A stretch of DNA of 64,000 nucleotides from Felis catus (Eukaryota), in NCBI RefSeq assembly GCF_018350175.1, contig NC_058368.1, forward strand, positions 90,522,001 through 90,586,000. Direction: 5' to 3'. Position 1 is the stretch's first letter. Each line of letters opens with the position of its first letter. The notes beneath the pieces were generated by a model that did no database searches, was not told the origin of the DNA, and was given only the letters and a program-made list of their open reading frames with translations. A program made the position numbers and the translations under genes. Positions 53,541-64,000 of the stretch are shown here, piece by piece.

Positions 53541-54709
53541 GCCTTGGCCACACAGCCCTCCACATCCCCTGTCCCCCGGAGGGGACACCGGAGCGTCACC
53601 CGCATCTCCTGCCCCAGGTCACAATTTACTATCTGATACAGACCCCTGTGGAGCACAGTTGTCGGAGCATACCAGGTACTAAACACTTCTAGACCTGACC
53701 TGACCACGTCCTGTTTGCTCTGTCTAGATGTCTGGCCCCCATATTATGAAGGTATTGCCATTAAAGGCAATTATACAACAGCCTCCAACTCTAGCTCCTG
53801 CAGATGGCAGCAGGCTACTGCAAGACTAATCCTCCAGGCGGTAACAGGGCAGGGCACTTGCATAAGCCACGTGCCCCCCGGGCAGTCACATCCCTAATGA
53901 AACCCTAACAGTCCCCAGGGAGACAGTGTATCTACTTCCCCCCGAAAATGCATGGTGGGCCTGTTCCAGCGGCCTCACTCCCTGTGTCCACTCCCAAGTC
54001 CTTAACTCCTCGAAAGAAGGCTTCTGCATACTCGTGTAGTTGATCCCCAAGCTAGTGTACCATTCGGGGGAAGAAATACTTAACAGGTTAGGCTCTACTA
54101 ACCCCCGAAGTAAGAGAGAGCCTATTACAACCCTAACTCTGGCTGCACTCTTGGAACTGGGATTAGCGGGGGCAGGGACTGGAATATCTTCACTCGTCAT
54201 CCAGGACAAAAACTATGGAACCCTAAGGGCAGCCATTGACTTAGACATAGAATTGAGAAATCAATTTCTCATTTACAGGAATCCCTTACTTCCTTATCGG
54301 AAGTAGTACTCCAAGACAGAAGGGGATTAGACTTATTATTCATGCAGCAAGGAGGACTATGTGCAGCCCTAGGGGAAGAATGTTGCTTCTATGTTGATCA
54401 CTTGGGGGTCGTAAAAGAATCTATGGCCCTCATAAGGGAAGGGCTGCAAAAACAAAAGTTTAGAGAGAGAACAATCTCAGTCCTGGTACGAGTCTTTGTT
54501 CAACTGGTCTCCCTGGTTAGCTACCCTCATCTCGGCCCTTGCTGGACCCCTCACCATCCTGCTCCTACTATTAACCCTCGGACCCTATATCATCAACAGA
54601 CCAGTTTGTCAGGGACTGCATAGGGGCCGTCCAACTAATGGTCCTCCGTGCTCAGTGCAAGCCCCTAATAACAGAAGAGGACAAAATAGAAATGCAGCTG
54701 GTCCCATGA
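53541..54709 (+). pseudogene. env: Remainder of env (SU C-terminus and TM), disrupted
   Basis: CLLC (from CWLC), RSKR cleavage site 54106-54117, [21 protein letters not shown] and CAALGEECC; stops and frameshifts. Confidence 0.9.
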
Positions 54710-54741
54710 TTGGGTCCATAAGCTACATGACAAGGGCGGAA

Positions 54742-55177
54742 TGAAAGAGCGGACCTAGGCCGGCCAACTCCATTTTGTTCTGTGTCCTCCATCTTGAGTG
54801 ACTACGGCCCTGACATGGCCCCCTTTCCCAGAAAACCACAAAGAAATTCCCATTCAAACCTCAGACCACATCTCCTCCCTTTGAGTAACTTCCCGCTCAC
54901 TTCAAACTTCCCGTTCAAACCACACCTGGCAACCTGCGCAAGGGGACTCTGACCCTTCCCCAGCCAATTGGCTAAGGCCACAACCATTACCCCACCAACT
55001 GCCCCTAGATCCCTATAACACCTTTGTGCTTTTGAACCTCGCTCTCTCTGGCATCTCACTGCTGCATCGGTGCAGGTAGGGGATTGAGCTCGAGCTAGCT
55101 CGAATAAAGGCTCTTTGCTTTTGCATCAGACTCGGCTCCCTGGTGATCTTTGGGGATCACGAATTCTGGGCATAACA
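54742..55177 (+). repeat. 3' LTR (436 bp): variant TATA TATAACA 55014-55020, AATAAA 55103-55108
   Basis: Homologous to the 5' LTR. Confidence 0.95.
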
Positions 55178-55179
55178 AA

Positions 55180-57380
55180 GGTCTACAGGACCAGGCACCT
55201 GAATCCCAGGGAGCAGATGGTGTCTGGCCTTTGTCATTGGCCCAGATGTCTGATCCCCTAGGAGGCAGGAAAGATGTGCTAGATGTGTTGGAACTTTTGG
55301 TTACATCTTATCAGCCCACCTCTGACTTTAGCCACAGCTATGGTAGATGCCTCCATGTACACTGCCTCGTTTCAAGTGTCTACTGTAGGTTTCTCTGCTT
55401 TTCTGCTTTAGGGCTTTCTCCTAAGCCTCAGGACCTCTCTCAACCATAGGCATAGCCTGGGAGTGCAGGTGAGTTAACGCCTTCTGAGGCAACCTTCAAC
55501 TCATAAGGGACAGAAGCCAAAATACACTTTGTTGAATTTTCCTTCTACTCTGTGTCATTCTCCCTCCCTCTCATTTCCTGGATTCACCTACCATATCAAC
55601 TGCCCCCAAGTTCTAGGCTCAGTCTCTGCTTTCATGGGGATTCAAGCTAAAACAGTAGGAAGTAGCAATGGAAGGGAGACTATAGGGATAGGAATCTAGA
55701 ACTGGCTCATCTACCATTCAGAAGGCAACAGCGACCTCCCACCACTGGGGTGGTGATAACCCCTAATCTGAAGCATAAGACTTTTCCCTTTGGTAGATTG
55801 GAATGAGATAGAAGTTGAAGGGAAAGCTTGGCTTATGAAGTAGCTTTGGCCCTTGAAAGATGGGAAGGCAACTGTAATTACAAGGATTATAGGGGTGGCT
55901 AGTTTTTCTAAACCTGCTTTAGAAACTTTGCAGAAGGCATGTAAGACTCAAGTTAGCCCACTCGACTGAGGGCACAATATGAAAGCCAGAAAGTCTCCAG
56001 AGGCAACGTAAATGCTAACTTGGGGCGCCTGTGTGACTCAGTCAGTTAAGCATCCGATTTCGGCTCAGGTCATGATCTTGTGGTTCGTGAGTTCGAGCCC
56101 CATGTCGGGCTCTGTGCTGACAGCTCGGAGCCTGGAGCCTGCTTCGGATTCTGTCTCCCTCTCTCTCTGCCCCTCCCTGCCTTTGCTCTCTCTCTCTCTC
56201 TCAAAAATAAAGAAAATTAAGACATACTTACTTTTTCAGCAAAGCGTGCTGAAAACTGGGCCCACAATTTAACCATAAGGGCAGCAGAGCTGTGGAGCAG
56301 ACCAGTGGATCCTCAACAAATTTCCTGTGCTAGAGTCAGGGCTTGAAGGGGACGGGGTGGGGGGGGGGAGGAGGGGGCGGAGGGAGGTGGGATCCTGAGG
56401 CCTGGGCCTGGCATGGGGTTGTTTGGGTGGATATATATAAGAATCTTGAGCCTGAGAGTCCTGAGCAGTAGCTGCTTCCTTGCCTTGATATGGAAGAACA
56501 GTCTAGTTTGCCTGGAGGCTATGCAGAGATCTCACTTGAGGTGAATGTCTTATGCAATAATGCTGATTACTCTCACCATCACCTCCGCTCATTGCCTCCA
56601 GACCAACAACTAGAATTGGGTCTCAGCATGGCCTCTGCAGTGAAGCACAGTCCCTACTCTAGGAGGAAATAGCTCAGTCACCCAAAAACTTGCAGGACAG
56701 GTCTGACTGCAGGGACTGGGGAAGCACACCCAGGGAGTGGATCTTCAAGGTACCAGATGGGGGTGGGATACAGAATATTGTCGAGCAAGTTGGTTGATAC
56801 GGGAGCATTTCCCATAACTGAAGACTGAAAGTGCTGCCAAGAACACCCAGAGCTTGTCCTAAGGTGCTTCTGGATGACTCCGGAAGTTTGGACACCGTGG
56901 TGGCCTCAGTCAGATGAGTTGGAGATGCCAGCATTGCCTTGGCTGAGTTTTAAAGAAGGGAACCAAAGGCTCAGGGGAGTGGGAATGTTAAAATGGCTTT
57001 ATTACATAAAACCAGAAGATCCACCATTTGACTGTTCTTTAGCAGCTGCCCAGAGGATGCTCCCTCCACTAAGGCAGTAGGGGATGAGACAGTGAAGGCA
57101 GCATTGAGTCATCTAGAAGCTGTTGGTGGCTGTCCCCTCTGGGCCAGAATTGACAGCAGGAGAGGCTGCCACGGAACGGGGCTTCCTAGTGCCATTGGAG
57201 ATGATGGGATTCTCGAGTGGCATTTAGCTATTCCGATGGTGATATGATTCTTAACAGCCAGAGGACAGAAGGGCCTTCTCACCACACTTTGCAGCAAGAC
57301 TGGAGTGGCCGCTAGGGGACGTCTTGCTTCTCAGAGCTCTCTGGCAATGCCATGGGTGTCCATGGGGGCAAAATTAATGG
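55180..57380 (+). mobile_element. Ancient ERV-L remnant: LTR16-like LTR ending about 55653, then degraded gag-containing internal sequence with a SINE at about 56021-56215
   Basis: LTR end GGCTCAGTCTCTGCTTTCATGGGGATTCAAGCTAAAACA; peptide WPQSDELEMPALPW..FKEGNQRLRGVGMLKWLYY resembles ERV-L Gag. Confidence 0.65.
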
Positions 57381-57965
57381 GCAGCCAAAGGAGGCAGAGA
57401 GTGAGGTGCCTGGGTGGCTCAGTCGGTTAAGCGTCAGACTCTTGACACTCAGGTCATGATCTCACAGTTCCTGGGTTCGAGCTCCCTGTTGGGCCCTGTG
57501 CTGACAGTGCGGAGCCTGCTTGGGATTCTCTCTCTCCCTCCCTCTCTGCCCCTCTCCTGCTTGTGCTCTCTCTCAAAATAAATAAATAAACATTAAAAAA
57601 GAAAAAGGAGGCAGAGAGTGAGCAGTGTAGAAAACATGAGGGAGCAAGGAGAGACATGCACGCAGAGATCTGACAGTCTTGCAGTTTAAAATGCCTTCGT
57701 CTTCAGGCGTTATGTAGACACATCCGAGAGGAAGGAAAGGGAGATGGGACAGCTCCAAACTGAAGTTAAGTTTCCACCACTGCTGTCGAGTGGCGGGTTC
57801 GACATACAAATTAAGTTATGGGAAAACATTTACAAACCGCATTTCCTGCACCGCTGGAAATGTGGAGTGAGACATGGACTGGCTACAAATACCAACAAGG
57901 AAACCAGGGAATATGAGACGCTGAGAAATGTGACAGTGACAGACCAAATTCAGACCCTGTGGGCG

Positions 57966-58279
57966 TGTCTTAGTTCAGGCTGCTGTCAAAATACGGTATT
58001 TTGGGTGGCTTTAATTTCCACAACAGAAATTTGCTGGAGTTCAAGGTCAGGATGCCAGCATGGCCCAGGCGAGGGCTGTCTTGCAGAGGCCAGCTTCTCC
58101 TTGTATCCGTACATGGCAGAGAGCAGAGCAGGGAAGCAAGCTCTCTCGTGACTCTCATGAGGGCACTAATTCGTCATGAGGGCTCCATGTCATGATCCTG
58201 CTCACCTCCCTAAGGCCCCACCTCCCGATGCCATCACATTGGGGGTGGGGTTTTGCCACATGAATCATTTTGGGAGTGG
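57966..58279 (-). mobile_element. MLT1-type MaLR solo LTR
   Basis: TGTCTTAGTT..GGCTGCT start and CAGTCCATAACA end; internal CCTAAGGCCCCACCTCC..ATCACATTGGGGGT. Confidence 0.7.
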
Positions 58280-61200
58280 GGGACACACAGTCCATAACAG
58301 GATGCAAATGCTGGAATCCTAAGCAGGCTCAGCAGGAAGCAATGCTGAACCCAGGACCCCTACCTGTAGCCATGGCCCTCTGCACCTGAACCCACCCCAC
58401 CAGCCCAGGTGATGGATAGAAACTGGGGTGGTAACATCGGTCACTAAGAATGGTCAGTGGTTTCAGCTGGACCAGAAGAAACAGAAGGGGACGGTTAGGG
58501 GTGGTGGTTGTATAACAATGCAAATGTGGTTAATACCACTTCACTGTACACCAAAAAATGGTTAGGATGGTCAATGTTTCTGTCCTGTATATTTGTCACT
58601 TAGTAAAAAGGAGGGAAAATGGTTAGGGGTGACTGTGCTGAGAATGGGGTCCAGAACAGAATATTGGCCAGAGGAACGTAAGAAGCAGCACAGCTTTGAA
58701 GAGAAAAAACAGACCGTGTCTGAAAAGTTGCATCTTTCCAGAAAACAACCTGCAATTCCCAGAGCCAAGCGCTTTCGAGAACGTGTTTAAGATGAAAGGG
58801 GAGAGGGACAGATGTGACAGCTGAGTGAGCATAGATGGGGGGTCATGTGTCCAGGATGGCCAGGGCATTGGCCTTGGCATTGGCTAGGATGGTGCCTCCT
58901 GCCTTCTGTAGGGGACCCAGGTGGCCTGGGTGTTTCCCACAAAACCACCTGCTTGCCCTGTGTCTGTCTGGGAGCTAAGGGGTCACAGCCTCACCCCAGT
59001 TTTCTACTTTTCCTGTTTCCATCTGGCTCAGTGCCACACAGTTTCCCCATGAGCACTTTACCCTTGCTCCTGCCTCACCCCTCAGTTCCGACACGGGTGT
59101 GTCTCTTCTTTCAGATTCTTGGGGCCACTCCTACCAGGATTGACCCCCTCTCCAGTTCAGTCTGGGAGGCCATCCGTGCTCTGCCTTGCCTGCTGTTGAA
59201 TCTTGGACGCGTTCAGAATAAGAGCGAGATCACTCAGAAGCCTGTGCCCAAGATGTGCGTCTGCGCACATGTGGGACAGGAATACCACAGAAGCCTGTGG
59301 CAGCCAGAGGGGACTGGGCACAGAGCAGAGGCCCAAAGAACTTGCTCAGTCACGGGGAACAGTGCCAACAGGGAGTGAGGAGGCCTCACGTGGGACCCTG
59401 GGAAGCAGGAGTGGCTCTAGGGCTGTGACCAGCACCACTATCCCTGGAGCCACAGAGCAGGAGCCTTGGCCCCTGTACCCTCGGGAGTCACCACCCATCA
59501 GCCTGTCTGCTGCTTTCTGTCCCCTCCTAGTATATCGCACCTACAAAAATTTTAGCAATACTGTAATATCATATACTCAATTTGTTTTCAACTGGTCCGT
59601 GCCCTATCTCTGATCAGGCAGAGCTGAATAGAAGTAAGGGGACAGAGGGTCATGGGGACTCTGTGCACTCACCAGTGGGTGGACTGGGTGTAGACCTTAG
59701 AGACCCATGTCCTGGGGTTATGCCAGCAGAGTTACAACTCTCCAGGGAAAGTGCAAGACCAGTCAGTGGCTTGGTGTGTGGATGACCATGGACTGAGGCC
59801 TGTGTGTGGCCTGAAAACCAATAGCGATGGGACTGTGGAGCATGGCCCTTCACACCGTGCGCAGGCCTCTAAAGAGACACATCCACTGGTCACAATGTAT
59901 GGACATTTTTGGGTCCTGATTTTCAAACTAAAACAAACAAAAAACACCCCCCCCACACACACACACACCAAAACCGATAGAGGGGCGCCTAGGTGGCTCA
60001 GTCAGTTAAGCGTCCGACTCTTGATTTCGGCTCAGGTCATAATCTCACAATTTATGGGTTCGAGCCCCGAATTGGGCTCTGCACTGACAGTGCGGAGCCT
60101 GCTCAGGATTCTCTCTCTTTCTCTCTCTCTCTGCCCCTCCCGTTCTCTCTCTCTCAAAATAAATAAATTTAAAACCCTAACACAGAAGACAGTTGGGGAA
60201 AGATGAAAATAGGCTGCATATTTGATGATATTACAGAATTGTTAAATTTGTGTAGGCATGATATATAGGGGTTATGTTTTGTGTTTTTGAAATCCTTATC
60301 TTTCAGAGAGACTGAAATACTTACAGATGAAATGATGAGATGTCTGGAATTCATTTCCCAGTAGTCTAGGATGTGGGTTGGGTAAGTGGGTGAGAGTACA
60401 AATGAAAAGATTTGGTTATAAACTATTGATTGTAGAAGCTGGGTGATGGGTACCTGAGGGTTTGTCATACTATTCTTTCTAATTTTGTGTGGTGGATATT
60501 TTCCGCAATAAATTGTTTTCAAAAAGAAAAAGAGAAGCCTGAATTCCCCCGCCCCCTGTAACCATTTTAAAGAGATTTCATTAGTAATTACAAATCTCCC
60601 TTCAAAGAAAATACCAAGCCCAGCTGGCTTCATAGACAGGCTCCACCAAACTGTCAAGGAACAGATCATTTCGATCATAAAAGAACAAACTCTTCCAGAG
60701 AACAGAAAGAGAGAACGTCCCTCAGCTCAAGGCCATTATAACTGAGAGCAAAGCGAGACAAGGACTGTATGCAAAAGAGAGACACAGGCCATTCTCACCA
60801 GGAAAATAGAAGCGGTTAAATTCGCTCCTAAATAAAAAGATAAGTGCAGGGGCACCTGGCTGGCTCAGTCAGGAGAGCATGTAACTCTTTAAAAAAAATT
60901 TTTTTTTAACATTTATTCATCTTGAGAGACAGAGTGTGAGCAGGGGAGGGGCAGAGAGAGGGAGACACAGGATCTGAAGCAGGCTCCAGGCTCTGAGCTG
61001 TCAGAACAGAGCCCGACACGGGGCTCAAACCCACGGACCGTGAGATCATGACCTGAGCTAAAATTGGACGTCTAACCGTGACTCTTGATCTTGGGGTTGT
61101 GAGTTCGAGCCCTATATTGGGTGCAGAGATTAGTTAAAAATAAAATCAATAATACATTGGGGTGCCTGGGTGGCTCAGCTGGCTCAGCCTTTGACTTTGG

Positions 61201-61599
61201 CTCAGATTATGACCTCACAGTTCATTGGTGGGCTCTGTGCTGACAGCTCAGAGCCTGGAGCCTGCTTCAGATTCTGTGTCTTTCTCGCTCTCTGCCCCTC
61301 CTCCACTCACACTCTGTGTCTCTCTCAAAAATAAACATTAAAAAAAAATTTTTTTTCAGAAAAAAAATTTTTGAACATTTATTTATTTTTGAGACAGAGA
61401 GAGACACAGCATGAACGGGGGAGAGGCAGAGAAAGAGGGAGACACAGAATCGGAAGCAGGCTCCACGCTCTGAGCCATCAGCCCAGAGCCCCACGCGGGG
61501 CTCGAACTCGCGGACCGCGAGATCGTGACCTGAGCTGAAGTCGGACGCTTAACCGACTGAGCCACCCAGGTGCCCCCAAAAAATTTTAAATAAATACAA

Positions 61600-64000
61600 A
61601 ATAAAAATTTTAAGGATTGTTTATTATCTCATCCTATATTGTGAACAGTTGACTGCAGATATTCAAAGTATATGCTTTGATGAGTTTTTACGTATCTGTA
61701 TACCCACAAAACCATCACCACAATCGAGCTAATGAACACATTCATCACCCTCAAAGTTTCCTCATGCCCATTAATCCTTCCATCCTTCCCCTTCCCCAGG
61801 GCACCACTGATCTGCTTTTTATCATTATGGATTACTTTTCATTTATCAGAATTTTCTGCAAATGGAACAATACTGTATGTACTGTTTGAAAGCCTAATTT
61901 CTTTTACTCTACAAAATTGTTTCAAGATTCATCAATGATGTTAGGCACATCGACATTCCTTTTTATTAGTAGTAGTCTCTCATGTGGAAATACCACAATT
62001 TATCCATTCCTCCGTTGGTGGAAATTTGGGTTGTTCCCAGTTTGGGGCTATTGTAAATAAAGCTGCTGTGAACATTTGCATAAAAGCCTTTGTGTGGACA
62101 TGTGTTTTCATTTCTCTTGGGTATGCTAACTCTGTTTCAATTTTTGAGGAAGCCAGACTATTTTCTAAAGCAGGGACCCCATTTTACATTCCCAGTAGCG
62201 ATGTGTGAGGGTTCCAGTTCCTTTGTATCCTCACCAGTACTTGTAACTTTCTGTTTGTTTGTTTGTTTTAAATAGGCTTCATGCCCAACGTGGGCCCCAT
62301 GGGGCTTGAACTCACGATCCTGAGATCAAGACCCGAGCTGAGCTTAAGAGTTGGACACTTAACCGACTGAGCCACCCAGGCACCCCTGTTTGTTTGTTTT
62401 TTAATATACCCATCCTAGTGGGAAAGATCTCAAAAATCACCACCCCCATGAGGCACCTGCCTGATTCAGTCACTAGAGCATGCAACTATTGATCTTGGGG
62501 TTGTGAGTTTGACCCCCACATCAGGTGTAGAGATTACTTAAAAATCTTTAAAAAAATCAGGCTGTTATAATGAGATTGACGAGAAATCAATCTAACTCTA
62601 TACTGATTACGTTTTTTTAAATTTTAAAGTTTATTTATTTATTTTGAGAGGGAGAGACAGTGTGAGCAGGGAAGGGGCAGAGAGGAAGAGAAAGAGAATC
62701 CCAAGTAGGCTCTGCACTGTCATCACCGAGCCTGACTTGGGGCTTGAACCCATGAATCACAAGATCATGATCAGAACTGAAATTGACTCAGAAGCTTAAC
62801 TGACTGAACCACCCAGGCACCCCCTGATTAAGTTTTTTAGAAATTGTGTACACATTTACACATTTCTAAATACAAAAGTATGAAGCAAGATAGGTACCAA
62901 GAGGTCTATCTGCGCCCCTGTCCCTTCAACCCTCATGTTTCCTCCCCACTAGGTAAATGTTTATATTGATTTATTTCTCCTTCCATTTGAAAATATAAGC
63001 ATATATATTTGTACGTCCTCCCTTTCTTGGATGTTGTAGCATACTGTAAAATCTGTAAAACCCCCTGCTGTCTTCACTTAGTGACATTTCCTTGAGGTCA
63101 CACCTCAGCAGGACATAAGATACTCATTCTTTTTTATAGCTGTATTATATTCTACTGGGTGAACATAGCATAATCTATTCCACTATGAATTCAAAGTTTC
63201 TTAACTGTTTTTTTCTTTTTTTTTTAAATGTTTATTTATTTTGAGAAAGAGAGAAAGAAAGACAGCACACACCCACATGCTCGTGAGTGGGGGAGAAGCA
63301 GAGAGACAGAGATAATCCCAAGCGGACTCTGCACTGATAGCACAAGCCAGACGCGGGGGCTCAATCTCACACACCGTGAGATCAGGACCTGAGCCAAAAT
63401 CCAGAATCAGACACTTAACCGACTGAGCCACCCGGGCACTTCTGCTGTTATTTCTTTCTAAGACTGTGAAATTCACATAACATGAAATTTGCCATCTTAA
63501 CCAGCTTTAAGTGTACAGTCCAGTGGCATGAAGCACATTCACATTCTTGTGCAACCATCACCACCATCCATCCCCATAACACTTTTCATCTCGCAGAACT
63601 AAAATTCTGTACCCATTAAACATCCACTTCCCATTTCACTCCCTCTCCAGCCTCCCGACAACCACCATTCTACTTTCTGTCTATGATTTTGCCTACTTTA
63701 GCTACCTCATATAAAAGGAATCATACAGCACTTGTATTTTTGTGACTGGCTGATTTCACTTAGCATAATACCCTCAAGGTTCATGCACATTGTAGCACGT
63801 GTCAGAATGTCAGACACATTTTGTTTATCCACTGTCAATGGACATGTGAGTTGCTTCCACCTTTTGGCTGTTGTGAATAGTGTTGGTATGAACGTGGGGG
63901 TACAATTATCTTTTTGAGGCCCTGCTTCTAATTCTTTAGCATATATACCCAATGGGATTGCCGGATCAGATAGGAATTCCATGTCGGATTATTATTTAAA
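61600..64000 (-). mobile_element. Old L1M 3' fragments with interspersed SINEs
   Basis: ORF 63707-63982 ([36 protein letters not shown]) is a degenerate L1 ORF2 end; boundaries approximate. Confidence 0.65.

Larger units (their letters stand above)
47513..55177 (+). mobile_element. Defective MLV-like (class I, gamma) endogenous provirus, LTR-gag-pro-pol-env-LTR
   Basis: Two homologous TG...CA LTRs, tRNA-Pro PBS, gag/pol/env peptides in order, purine-rich tract at 54732-54741. Confidence 0.97.

Noticed and set aside
47513..55177. Replication-competent provirus, or assignment to enFeLV, RD-114 or ERV-DC
   Set aside because: Many stops and frameshifts, a mutated protease DTG and a pol deletion. 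Gag and LTR do not match those viruses as I recall them; the family needs a database search
58845..60678. 136-177 aa ORFs
   Set aside because: Non-ATG or weak starts, no motifs, partly SINE- or L1-derived

Overview
Mammalian genomic DNA, almost certainly felid given the dense Can-SINE (SINEC_Fc-like) and cat-type L1 content. The minus strand carries the 5' part of calnexin (CANX): a non-coding exon 1 in a CpG-island promoter at about 22.5 kb, and coding exons 2-8 between 6455 and 460, with the gene continuing off the left edge. CBY3 lies on the plus strand (40834-42762). A 7.67-kb defective MLV-like gammaretroviral provirus (47513-55177, tRNA-Pro PBS) is followed by an old ERV-L remnant. The rest is SINE, L1, MER21, MLT1 and MER5A repeats, an RPL7 processed pseudogene and a tailless U2 retrocopy. 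The best candidate for something new is in the provirus: gag, pol and distal env are broken, but an open 238-codon ORF encodes signal peptide plus the whole receptor-binding domain and stops in the proline-rich region. That is the layout of secreted feline ERV Env factors such as Refrex-1 and FeLIX. The 5' LTR keeps its TATA box and the 3' LTR keeps its AATAAA. A perfect ERSE also sits upstream of CANX. Family names are from recognition, not database searches.
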